Assembly (NCBI GenBank): GCA_013203475.1
Contig: JABMNV010000106.1
Location: forward strand, 1 to 59,957
Direction: 5' to 3'
Origin: Acidobacteriota bacterium
GTDB taxonomy: Bacteria; Acidobacteriota; Vicinamibacteria; Vicinamibacterales; SCN-69-37
DNA length: 59,957 nt
A program made the translations under genes and the position numbers. Positions 27,615 through 36,649 of the stretch are shown here, piece after piece. Positions within the stretch are counted from its first letter, which is position 1. Each line of letters begins with the position of its first letter. The notes beneath the pieces are model-generated. The model had not been told where the DNA came from. It did no database searches and saw nothing but the letters and a program-made list of their open reading frames with translations.

Positions 27615-29009
27615 ATGTCTGCTGACGAACTTCATCCCCTTCACCTGCTGCTGGTCGACGACGAGGCCGCGTTTCGGGAAGTGATTGCGGAGCGTCTGGC
27701 TGAGCACGGGTATCGAGTTGAGCAGGCGGGCACGGGCGAAGAGGCGCTCGAGCGACTCAACGACTTTGCCTTCGACATTCTCCTGACGGATCTTCGATTG
27801 CCCGGCGTGGACGGGCGGCAAGTGCTCGACGAGGCGTTTGCGCGCTACCCCGACATCATTGCGGTGGTGATTACGGGATTCGGCACTGTGCGCGAGGCGG
27901 TTGAGGTCACCCAACTGGGCGCTGAAGGTTTCATCACAAAGCCGTTTCAGTTCGAGGAATTGGTGCACGCGCTGCACACAGCGGTCGAAAAGCGGCGGCT
28001 GCGCTCAGAGAACGCGTACCTGCGCGAACAACTCCTCACGCGATTTCACCTCGGCGGCATCATTGGCCAGGCCGCGCCGGTGGTGCAGATGCTCGAACTG
28101 ATTCAGACGGTGGCTGTGACGGCAAGCACCGTGCTCATCACAGGAGAGACGGGCACCGGAAAGGAATTGGCTGCGCGGGCGATTCACGACGCCAGTCCGA
28201 GGCGGTTGCAGAAATTTGTGGCGATCAACTGCAGCGCCATTCCAGAGACGTTGCTTGAGGCGGAGTTGTTTGGGCACGTGCGGGGCGCCTTCACGGGCGC
28301 GGTGGCCAATCGGCAGGGCCGGTTGGAGCAGGCTCATCGAGGAACGTTGTTCCTCGATGAGGTGGGCACTATGAGCCTGCCGCTGCAGGTCAAGTTGCTG
28401 CGTGTCCTGCAGTCACGGGAGTTCGAGCGCGTCGGCGAGTCGCAAACCGTCAAGGTGGATGTGCGCGTGATCGCGGCCACCAATTCGGACCTCAAACAAA
28501 TGGTGACTGAGGGCTCCTTCCGCGAGGACCTGTATTACCGGCTCAACGTGATTCCCGTGCACGTGCCCGCGCTCAGGGAGCGCCGGTCGGATGTGCCGTT
28601 GCTGGCGCAGCACTTCCTCGATCGGTTGAGCAAAGAAACACCGTCGCGGGGGAGGGTCACTATCGCCCAGGATACCCAGCAGGCCTTGATGGCCCACTCC
28701 TGGCCTGGCAATGTCCGTCAGTTGGAGAACGTAATGGAGCGCGCGTTTGCCCTATCGCCAGGACGCGCGCAACTCGAGTTGGCCGATTTGCAGGAAGATA
28801 TTCGGGGAAGCGTGGCCCCGTTGACGTCTGAGTCCGTGGCTTTCTCAGCCGAAGGTGTTGACTTCGGCGACTTAGTGGCGCAGTTTGAACATGCACTGAT
28901 TCGACGCGCCCTTGAACACAGCGGTGGAAACAAACGCGTGGCGTCGGATTTGCTGAAGATCAAGCGCACGACCTTGATCGAGAAACTTAAACGCCTGGAG
29001 CGTTCCTGA
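27615..29009 (+). CDS. sigma54-dependent response regulator (NtrC family, REC-AAA+-Fis HTH)
   Basis: VDDE, DLRLP, GETGTGKE, GAFTGA, FLDEVG, FREDLYYRLNV, WPGNVRQLEN and a C-terminal HTH. Confidence 0.95.
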   Translation: MSADELHPLHLLLVDDEAAFREVIAERLAEHGYRVEQAGTGEEALERLNDFAFDILLTDLRLPGVDGRQVLDEAFARYPDIIAVVITGFGTVREAVEVTQLGAEGFITKPFQFEELVHALHTAVEKRRLRSENAYLREQLLTRFHLGGIIGQAAPVVQMLELIQTVAVTASTVLITGETGTGKELAARAIHDASPRRLQKFVAINCSAIPETLLEAELFGHVRGAFTGAVANRQGRLEQAHRGTLFLDEVGTMSLPLQVKLLRVLQSREFERVGESQTVKVDVRVIAATNSDLKQMVTEGSFREDLYYRLNVIPVHVPALRERRSDVPLLAQHFLDRLSKETPSRGRVTIAQDTQQALMAHSWPGNVRQLENVMERAFALSPGRAQLELADLQEDIRGSVAPLTSESVAFSAEGVDFGDLVAQFEHALIRRALEHSGGNKRVASDLLKIKRTTLIEKLKRLERS

Positions 29010-29012
29010 TAT

Positions 29013-29624
29013 ATGCCGCCGCCAAATAGGTTCTGGGTCATCCTGATCGGAGAGACCGCCACATCTTTCAAGGGGAAGGAGCGCGAAGACCTGCTGCCCA
29101 CCTACAAGCAGCTGCAGCGGACACAATCGGGCGTGTCGCTGCGGTGGTTCGAACGCGGCAGAATCTGGGAGTCGCCCGATGCCGCCGAAGGGGCCGCCAA
29201 ACTGGCCCTGACCGAGGGGAGAACCAAACGGCCCAAGGAGTGGCGGCCGGGCGGTGAACACGTCGATCCGAAGGCCCGATTTCAGCTCAGTCGTGATCAG
29301 AAACGCGCAAAATTCAAGAAACGACTGATCGAGGACAGCATCGCCTCGTCGGCGTCTCCATTCGGTCCAAGAAAGCCCAGGGACGACAAGAGCTCGTTTG
29401 AGAAGTCCCCTTTTGAGCGGCGACCGGAGGGGAAGGATCCTGGGGTCCGGGGGTCCGTGGGTCCGGGGGTCCGTGAGTCCATGGGTCCTGGGGTCCGTGA
29501 GCCGAGGCGAGAGCGGCCGTCTGGATCACCAATGGAGAATCCGTTCAAGAAGAGCGGCGCGAGCGGCGGCAGCTCTGGCGGCGGATCCAAGCCACTTAAA
29601 CGTAAAACACCAGCATCTAGATAG
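29013..29624 (+). CDS. Hypothetical basic protein with low-complexity tail
   Basis: ATG 3 nt after the ntrC stop; N-terminal FWVIL...WFERGRIWESP...WRPGGEH region looks folded. Confidence 0.65.
   Translation: MPPPNRFWVILIGETATSFKGKEREDLLPTYKQLQRTQSGVSLRWFERGRIWESPDAAEGAAKLALTEGRTKRPKEWRPGGEHVDPKARFQLSRDQKRAKFKKRLIEDSIASSASPFGPRKPRDDKSSFEKSPFERRPEGKDPGVRGSVGPGVRESMGPGVREPRRERPSGSPMENPFKKSGASGGSSGGGSKPLKRKTPASR
29435..29506 (+). repeat. Octamer tandem repeat (GGGTCCGK) x9 within a CDS
   Basis: ggatcctg gggtccgg gggtccgt gggtccgg gggtccgt gagtccat gggtcctg gggtccgt gagccgag. Confidence 0.8.
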
Positions 29625-29660
29625 TCGCGTTATTGGTCGAATGAGGCACTAAGCGAACAC

Positions 29661-30746
29661 CTAGTCCATTCGGCCTAAATGAAAGAAAACTGCAATCATT
29701 TCTCGAAGCTCAGGAATCGACCTTGCGCTGTTGATCGCCACGCGTAGCTGAGCGCCACCTTCCAGGCCCTTCGTGTACCAGGATCCGAGGGCTCGCAGCT
29801 TGTTAATCACCCAACGTTCACGGCCTCTGGCCTCAGGTGAGGGGCCATCGAAGAGTTGGCCTGGCGCGATGTGCCTGAAGCCAGACGCCTCACTCACCCG
29901 GTCGTCGATCAGCATATCCATATAGTCGAGCAGAAACTGTCCGCGGGCTTCAAACGGAACGGGCTCGGCGTGTCCCCCGAGGGCGGCTGCGGCGGCCTGC
30001 TTGAAGATCCAGGGGTTTCGCAGTGCCCCCCGACCCACCAGAATACCGGCGACGTTTGACTGCCGCAAACGCTCTACAACCTGCTCGGCTTCCACACAAT
30101 CGCCCGATCCAAACACCGGGATCGAGACATCGTCAGCCACGCGGGCAATAAGGCCCCAATCCGACTCGCCGGAGTAGGACTGTGCGGCGGTGCGGCCATG
30201 CACGGCCACGGCAGCGGCGCCGGCTTGTTCGGCCATGCGGGCCATGGTTGGTGCATTGATGTCGTGCTCGTTCCAGCCGGCTCGCATTTTCACCGTCACG
30301 GGAATCTTCACAGCCTTAGCCATCGCACTAATAATGGCGGCCGCGTGAGACGGGTCGCGCATCAGGCTGCATCCCGCATGGTGTTTCGCAATCTTGGGTA
30401 CCGGACATCCCATGTTGATGTCGACGATGTCTGCGCCCATGGCCTCGACGATCTGGGCAGCGTGAGCCATCTTCTGTGGATCGCCGCCGAAGATCTGGAT
30501 TGAGACCGGGCGTTCCTCTTCGGTGTACTCGGCGTACTCCAGCGTGCGGTCGATGCCACGCACCAACCCTTCGGAGCTGACCATCTCAGTCACAACCAGA
30601 CCACAACCACCCTGGCGTTTGACGAGGCGACGAAAGGCCGTGTCGGTCATGCCGGCCATGGGAGCCATGGCGACCGGGGAGTCGAGGCTCACAGAACCGA
30701 TCTTGATCACGGCCGCCTGGCGTCCCGTACTAGTAGGGTTTGACAT
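29661..30746 (-). CDS. dusB: tRNA-dihydrouridine synthase B (NifR3 family)
   Basis: APMAGMTD, TEMVSS, DINMGCP, KMRAGW, HGRT and GRGALRNPWIF motifs. Confidence 0.9.
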   Translation of the reverse strand: MSNPTSTGRQAAVIKIGSVSLDSPVAMAPMAGMTDTAFRRLVKRQGGCGLVVTEMVSSEGLVRGIDRTLEYAEYTEEERPVSIQIFGGDPQKMAHAAQIVEAMGADIVDINMGCPVPKIAKHHAGCSLMRDPSHAAAIISAMAKAVKIPVTVKMRAGWNEHDINAPTMARMAEQAGAAAVAVHGRTAAQSYSGESDWGLIARVADDVSIPVFGSGDCVEAEQVVERLRQSNVAGILVGRGALRNPWIFKQAAAAALGGHAEPVPFEARGQFLLDYMDMLIDDRVSEASGFRHIAPGQLFDGPSPEARGRERWVINKLRALGSWYTKGLEGGAQLRVAINSARSIPELREMIAVFFHLGRMD

Positions 30747-31233
30747 CGGACGCATTCACTTCAACAGACACTCCCTGGCCGATGAGATCCACAGACAGGA
30801 AGAGCCGCGTGCGAGAGCCTTTTCTGACCAGGCGGCCCACCACGCCTTTCAGCGGGCCGTGAGACACCTCGACTTTGTCGCCTTCCTTGATCAAGGGACA
30901 CGGGTCAAACTGGAGCTCGGAGTCAACGAGCTGTCGGATGCCGGACAATTCCTCTTCAGGAATCACTGCCGGGGCGCCGGCTACCGAGACAATGTTAACG
31001 GCTCCCACACACGTGAGCACAACCAGTCGCTGATCTAGCGAGAACTTGGCAAAGCAGTAACCAGGGAACAGCGGCCACTCGACCTGCTTCTTGCGGTCCT
31101 TCCAGTGCGACCACCGCATGACGGTGGGAAGGAAGACGTCGATGCCCTTCTGTTCAAGCTGCTGGCGCACCACCTGCTCGTGGCGCGATCGCGTCCAGAT
31201 GGCAAACCACTCTTCTTGGTCGGTGCTTTCCAC
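30730..31233 (-). CDS. NusG-paralog transcription antiterminator (UpxY/RfaH/LoaP type)
   Basis: WFAIWTRSRHE, WKDRKKQVEWPLFPGYCF and KOW GDKVEVSHGPLKG motifs. Confidence 0.85.
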   Translation of the reverse strand: MESTDQEEWFAIWTRSRHEQVVRQQLEQKGIDVFLPTVMRWSHWKDRKKQVEWPLFPGYCFAKFSLDQRLVVLTCVGAVNIVSVAGAPAVIPEEELSGIRQLVDSELQFDPCPLIKEGDKVEVSHGPLKGVVGRLVRKGSRTRLFLSVDLIGQGVSVEVNASDVKPY

Positions 31234-31243
31234 TTCTTCGAAC

Positions 31244-32344
31244 TCAGGAGATTTTCTTTTTATGCTGTTCGCGATACTGCTCGTAGAGCTTCTTGAGGTC
31301 GTCGTCTTTCCACTCGATGATGGCCAGCTCACGCAGACCCTCGATGAACCTCTGCATCTCGACGTCCTGGCGTTCACCTTGCACTTTGGCGCCCACATCA
31401 ACGCGAACGGTCTCAAAGGGTTCAACCCCCGCGTCTGTTTTTGACTCAACCTTGAGGAGTTGGAAGCCCACGGGTGTGCGAATCGGCTCGGCGATGTCGC
31501 CCGTCTTGAGGGGCGTCAACACGGCCCTCAGGCTCTCAGCGAGTTCGTTCAGATTGAGCGGGCCAATCAATCCACCGTTGGCCTTTGACCCTGATTCCGA
31601 TAACTCTGTGACGAGCGCGGCGAAGTCTTCGCCTTTGAGCGCGCGGGCTCGAGCTGCGAGAATTTTTGCCTGCGCGGCCTCGTCTTCCGCAACGTTGATC
31701 ACCGGTTGCCCCAACTGCGTCTGACTCGGCACGAGGACTGAAATCTCTCGAACGGTAATCATCGTGGGCTTCATGAACTCTTCGGGATGGGCCCGATAAT
31801 ACTGGCGGGCTTCTTCTTCCGTGATTGAAATTCGGGGCGAAACATCCTGCCGGATCACGCCCTGTTGCAAGTAGGCTCGCTCAAAATTTTTCCGCAACTG
31901 GTCCATCGTCAAACCCTGGGAGGCCATCGCAGCTTGGAATGTCGCCTCGTCAAACTGGTTGTCTCTCTTAACTCCGTCAACCATGTCCTTGAACTGAGCG
32001 TCGGTCATGCGCAGGCCAAGCTCGCGACCTCGCTGCACAAGAATCAGCTCGTCAATCGTGTTCGCGAGAATCTCGGGTGTGATTTCGATCAGGGACTGAC
32101 GCAGCGACTCGTCAGTCTGAAGGTCCATCTGCGAGAGCTGACGCTGATTCTGTTCCCTCAGAACATCAATTTGCAGCTGCTCAAGTTCAGTTTTAGTGAA
32201 GATCGCGCCGTTGACCTTGACCAACACACGCTGGAGCACAACAGGACGAGCTTGAGTTTGGGCCGCTGGCGTCTGTGCGGCCAGTATCGCCGTTGAGACC
32301 ACTGCCCCCGCAAGTGCGCACGAGATAATTCGCTTCATCACCAC
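31244..32344 (-). CDS. SurA-like periplasmic peptidyl-prolyl isomerase (parvulin)
   Basis: Signal peptide; LVKVNGAIFT, GEDFAAL, NGGLIG and GFQLLKV motifs. Confidence 0.85.
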   Translation of the reverse strand: MVMKRIISCALAGAVVSTAILAAQTPAAQTQARPVVLQRVLVKVNGAIFTKTELEQLQIDVLREQNQRQLSQMDLQTDESLRQSLIEITPEILANTIDELILVQRGRELGLRMTDAQFKDMVDGVKRDNQFDEATFQAAMASQGLTMDQLRKNFERAYLQQGVIRQDVSPRISITEEEARQYYRAHPEEFMKPTMITVREISVLVPSQTQLGQPVINVAEDEAAQAKILAARARALKGEDFAALVTELSESGSKANGGLIGPLNLNELAESLRAVLTPLKTGDIAEPIRTPVGFQLLKVESKTDAGVEPFETVRVDVGAKVQGERQDVEMQRFIEGLRELAIIEWKDDDLKKLYEQYREQHKKKIS

Positions 32345-32393
32345 ATCTCCAACTATAACCGGTAGCCCGTCATCGAGACCCGTACGCCCAACG

Positions 32394-35300
32394 TCAGCCT
32401 GAGGTTAGTCCCCGACTCAATTCATCGAGCACTTGACGGACACGCTCGAACAACCCACCTGGCGCCCGAGGGTCTGGCGAAGCCTGAGCCAGAATCTCTT
32501 CCCGTGAAAAACCGCTCGACACATCGCCGGACGTGGCACGGGTCGTCCACCATGACTCCCGGCCTGGAGGGGCATCGGGGGTTTTGGTGCGGAATTCCCT
32601 CTTGGGCTTCAGACGGCCAGGCGGCGGAATGGCCGGTTTCTTCGTTTCGGGTACGGACTTGGGCGGTTCGACCGGTCGGACCAGGTCCAACTTGAGCGTG
32701 GCTGGGGGCAGCAGTGTCAGATCGCCGCGGCTCTGAACCATCCGCAACAACCAGACTGGGTCAAGCTTGGCATCCTGTCTGAACTTGAACACCACGCCAG
32801 TCCCTTCGCGGTCGACTGTGTCCAGACCCAGTCGGTCAGACAGGGCTCTAAGCCTAGAATATTCTGCTAAATTCAGCAGAGATTCGGTCGTTGGACCATA
32901 TCTATCAGTAAATTCAGACAAAAGAGAGTCGACCTCTTGCACAGTCCTTGTGCTCGCCATTCGGCGATAGGCTGCCAGGCGTTGGTTCATATCGGTGATA
33001 TAGGATTCTTCGATTCGGAGGTTCAGCTTGAGATTAACGGCTGCACGCCGATCATCCTCAATTTCCTCTCCTTTGAGCTCTCTGATGGTCTCTTCGAGCA
33101 GTTTTGTGTACATATCGAAGCCAACCGCTTCAATGTGTCCGCTCTGCTGACCCCCCAGAAGATTGCCGGCTCCACGGATCTCAAGGTCCATTGCCGCGAT
33201 ACGGAAGCCCGATCCAAGGTCGCTGAATTCACGAATCGCCGCCAGTCGCTGACGAGCAACCGGAGACAGTGTTTGCTCTGGAGGTATCAGTAGATAGGCA
33301 TATGCCCTACGATCAGACCTTCCAACGCGGCCCCTCAATTGATAGAGCTGCGAGAGCCCATATCTGTCGGCCCTATTGATAATGATGGTGTTGGCGTTTG
33401 AAATATCGAGGCCGTTTTCGACGATGGTGGTGGAGACCAGAACGTCGAACTTGTGGTCCACAAACCCCACCATGACTTTTTCTAGTTCACCTTCCGCCAT
33501 CTGGCCGTGGCCAATCCCGATGCGGATGTTCGGCACAAGACGCTGGATGAGGTTGGCGATGGAGAAGATCGACTCCACTCGGTTGTGGACAAAGAAGATC
33601 TGGCCGCCACGGTCAATCTCTGTCCTGATTGCCCGGGTAATCACTTCCTGGTCGAATTTGACGACGTGCGTCTGGATCGACAGCCGGTCCCGGGGTGGTG
33701 TCTCGATGACCGACATGTCGCGAATGCCGACCAATGACATGTTGAGCGTCCGCGGAATGGGTGTCGCAGTCATGGTGAGGACGTCGACTTTCTTTCGAAT
33801 CTGCTTCAGCTTCTCCTTGTGGACCACACCAAATCGCTGTTCTTCGTCCACAACCAGCAGTCCAATGTCTCGAAATGTCACGTCTTTTGATAGCAACCGA
33901 TGGGTGCCCACGATGATGTCGAGTTGACCTGACGCGAGTTTCTCAAGCGTTTCCTGCTGTTCGGTCTTGTTGCGAAAACGGCTGATCATGTCGATGCGGA
34001 CAGGAAATCCAGCGAACCGGTCCTTCAGGGTACGTTCATGCTGGAACGCGAGCACGGTGGTCGGCGCGAGGAACGCGACCTGTTTGCCATCCATGACCGC
34101 CTTGAACGCGGCGCGCATCGCGACTTCTGTCTTACCAAAACCGACGTCGCCGCAAAGCAGGCGGTCCATCGGCATGGTGGACTCCATATCTTTTGAGATT
34201 TCGGCGATCGCTGACTGCTGGTCTGGAGTCAGGTCGTACTCAAAGACGTCGTCAAATTCCTGCTGCCAATGGGTGTCTGACGTGAACGCGTGGCCAACCA
34301 CGGCTTTGCGCGCGGCATAGAGCTTGAGCAGCTCTTCGGCCATGTCGCGCATCGCCTTCTTGACGCGGGTCTTGGCCTTTTCCCAGGTGGCTCCGCCAAG
34401 CCGGTCGAGTTTGGGTGCCGCGCCGCCTGTATATTTCTGCACCAGGTCGAGGCGGTCGAGTGGCACAAACAGTTTGTCTTCACCCGAGTAGCGAAGTTCC
34501 ATGAACTCCTGGTCGTCGCTTCCCGAGCCAATGGCCATCTTCTTGAGGCCAACGAACTTTCCGATGCCGTTGTCGATGTGAACAACGAGATCGCCCACTT
34601 TGAGATCGCGAAAATCAGAGACGAACGTGCGGGCAGCAGACTTTCGTCGTTCGCCAGTGCGGCGTTCTTCTTCGAAAAGATCGGTTTCGGCAAACAGCAG
34701 CAAATTGCCAGTGGGGAGGTGGAAGCCTCGAGACAAATGTCCAGTGGTGACCAGAACGGTGGCACGGGCCAGGTCTTCGTTGTCTCCGATCAAACGGGCG
34801 CGCACCTCGTAGTCGGCCAACAGTTCCACGGTCCGTTCTGCCCGGCCGGCTGATGCGGCAACGAACACCACGGTGTCGCCGCGTTCGCGCGACCGTCGGA
34901 TTTCTTCCACCCAGTCGCCGATGCGACCGCGGTATTCCACGACGGGTTGACAGGGCACATGCAGCTCACCGTCGGTGTCGTCGAGCGAGAGCTGCGTGAT
35001 TCGGCGTCCGCCTTCGAGCCAGGCCTCCAGTTCGGACCAGGGGAGTGCGAAGTGTTCGTACGGCTGTGCGCCAGTGTGACGAGCGGCGGCATCCTCGGCA
35101 CTCGACCGCCACTGTTCTTCCAACCCTCGTCCCCGCGCGGCGACGTCGTCCAATTCGTACACCAGCAGCGTCACTCCGGCATGACGGGCGTAGTCGATGA
35201 AGGTGGCGGTTCGGTCGTGACCAACGGCTGCTGGCGCAGCCGTGTGGCGGACGGCCGCTGGCTCCACCTCTGGCATTAACTCGCGTTGCGGTGTCAGTGT

Positions 35301-35987
35301 GAAGGCGTCAAGGGCGGTGAGCGATCGTTGCGTGGCGGCGTCATAGCGCCGAACGGATTCGATGATGTCGCCGATGAACTCGAGGCGGATCGGCTGAGCT
35401 TCCGATGTCGGGTACAAGTCAACCAGACCGCCACGTACGTGGAACTCTCCGTGTTGGTCCACGGGGTCGGCGGGCGAGAATCCTGCAACGGCCAGGCGTT
35501 CGCTCAGGTCGTGCGGAGAGATTTCGGTGCCTGGCTTGAGGATCAGGCTCGCATCGGCGATACGCGTGGGGTCGCTCAGTCTCGGAGGCAGTGCACGCGC
35601 AGAGGCAATGATGAGCCGGGCGGTGCGGGTGGCCAAAGCCGCCAGGGCTCGAGCCCGAGCCGATGCCACTTCGAGGTGGGGCTCGAGACCGCGGTACGGA
35701 TCAACTTCTTGGGAGGGAAAAGGCAGGACGGCCCGCTCGGCTTGGGAGTCCGAGAGCCCTTTCATTGCACCGAGAAAGAAGCGCGCGTCCCGTGTGAGTT
35801 GCTCAACGTCGGTATCGGTCGGGACAACAAGAACGACGGGACTCTCTTGCGCCAGCGCTGAGGCGTGGAACGCCATCGCACCTGGACCGAGACCGGCCAG
35901 GCGCTGAATCGATCGGGAGAGGCCGGCGCGAGTAGCGGCCGACTTCAGCAGCGATCGGAATGCGAGGGAAGCAGAAGGATGGAGCAC
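32394..35987 (-). CDS. mfd: Transcription-repair coupling factor
   Basis: CarD/RID region; GDVGFGKTEVA, DEEQRFG, TATPIPRT, QLRGRVGR and DLEIRGAGNLLG motifs; TRCF domain. Confidence 0.97.
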   Translation of the reverse strand: MLHPSASLAFRSLLKSAATRAGLSRSIQRLAGLGPGAMAFHASALAQESPVVLVVPTDTDVEQLTRDARFFLGAMKGLSDSQAERAVLPFPSQEVDPYRGLEPHLEVASARARALAALATRTARLIIASARALPPRLSDPTRIADASLILKPGTEISPHDLSERLAVAGFSPADPVDQHGEFHVRGGLVDLYPTSEAQPIRLEFIGDIIESVRRYDAATQRSLTALDAFTLTPQRELMPEVEPAAVRHTAAPAAVGHDRTATFIDYARHAGVTLLVYELDDVAARGRGLEEQWRSSAEDAAARHTGAQPYEHFALPWSELEAWLEGGRRITQLSLDDTDGELHVPCQPVVEYRGRIGDWVEEIRRSRERGDTVVFVAASAGRAERTVELLADYEVRARLIGDNEDLARATVLVTTGHLSRGFHLPTGNLLLFAETDLFEEERRTGERRKSAARTFVSDFRDLKVGDLVVHIDNGIGKFVGLKKMAIGSGSDDQEFMELRYSGEDKLFVPLDRLDLVQKYTGGAAPKLDRLGGATWEKAKTRVKKAMRDMAEELLKLYAARKAVVGHAFTSDTHWQQEFDDVFEYDLTPDQQSAIAEISKDMESTMPMDRLLCGDVGFGKTEVAMRAAFKAVMDGKQVAFLAPTTVLAFQHERTLKDRFAGFPVRIDMISRFRNKTEQQETLEKLASGQLDIIVGTHRLLSKDVTFRDIGLLVVDEEQRFGVVHKEKLKQIRKKVDVLTMTATPIPRTLNMSLVGIRDMSVIETPPRDRLSIQTHVVKFDQEVITRAIRTEIDRGGQIFFVHNRVESIFSIANLIQRLVPNIRIGIGHGQMAEGELEKVMVGFVDHKFDVLVSTTIVENGLDISNANTIIINRADRYGLSQLYQLRGRVGRSDRRAYAYLLIPPEQTLSPVARQRLAAIREFSDLGSGFRIAAMDLEIRGAGNLLGGQQSGHIEAVGFDMYTKLLEETIRELKGEEIEDDRRAAVNLKLNLRIEESYITDMNQRLAAYRRMASTRTVQEVDSLLSEFTDRYGPTTESLLNLAEYSRLRALSDRLGLDTVDREGTGVVFKFRQDAKLDPVWLLRMVQSRGDLTLLPPATLKLDLVRPVEPPKSVPETKKPAIPPPGRLKPKREFRTKTPDAPPGRESWWTTRATSGDVSSGFSREEILAQASPDPRAPGGLFERVRQVLDELSRGLTSG

Positions 35988-36005
35988 GAAAAGCGACTCC
36001 CCATC

Positions 36006-36479
36006 CTAACCCGCTTCTTTCTTGATTTTCGCGATGATCGATGTTGTGGACCAACCTTGTTCGACAGGCATCAGAATGACCGTGCCGCCTCCGGCCTCAA
36101 CGGTATCTCGCCCCACGATCTTGTCCGGCGCCCAGTCGGCGCCTTTGACCAGCACGGCTGGTTGAATGGCGGTGATGATCTCGGCGGGGGTGTCTTCGTC
36201 AAACACGACGACCGCGTCCACGCATCGAAGCGCGTCAAGAATTTCGGCCCGTTCAGTTTCCGGAGTCAACGGGCGCGTCGGCCCTTTGATGGCGCTGACT
36301 GAACGGTCGGAATTGATGGCCACGATAAGCGCGTCTCCTTCGGCGCGAGCCGCCTGAAGATATCGCACGTGGCCAGGGTGCAGCAGATCAAAAACACCAT
36401 TAGTGAACACCACCCGTTTCTGGTCCCGTCTCAGGCGCTCAGCCCACCGGGCGGCCTGATCACGATTTCGGTGAAACAT
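36006..36479 (-). CDS. D-glycero-beta-D-manno-heptose 1-phosphate adenylyltransferase (RfaE domain II)
   Basis: [25 protein letters not shown] and STTSII motifs. Confidence 0.9.
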   Translation of the reverse strand: MFHRNRDQAARWAERLRRDQKRVVFTNGVFDLLHPGHVRYLQAARAEGDALIVAINSDRSVSAIKGPTRPLTPETERAEILDALRCVDAVVVFDEDTPAEIITAIQPAVLVKGADWAPDKIVGRDTVEAGGGTVILMPVEQGWSTTSIIAKIKKEAG

Positions 36480-36535
36480 CACGGGAGCTTAACGCGTTTT
36501 GAGAGCTCACATTCACATAAATGGGAGGGCGACCG

Positions 36536-36572
36536 CTCGCGTCGCTCACAGACGGGCAGCCGACAACACGCC
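36536..36572. repeat. Degenerate inverted copy of the 38716-38753 sequence
   Basis: ctcgcgtcgctcacagacgggcagccgacaacacgcc versus reverse complement ctcgcgtcgctcacagtcgggctgcacgacgacgcgcc. Confidence 0.7.
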
Positions 36573-36649
36573 ACCCCACCGAACCGCCGCAGTTGTCTCT
36601 TGCTGGTCCAGGCTACGTGGCCCGAGGCGGGGAAAAGCGTCGACCCTTT

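Noticed and set aside
36490-36649. Integron attC site after DUF2075
   Set aside because: No convincing RYYYAAC...GTTRRRY box pair and no integron integrase.
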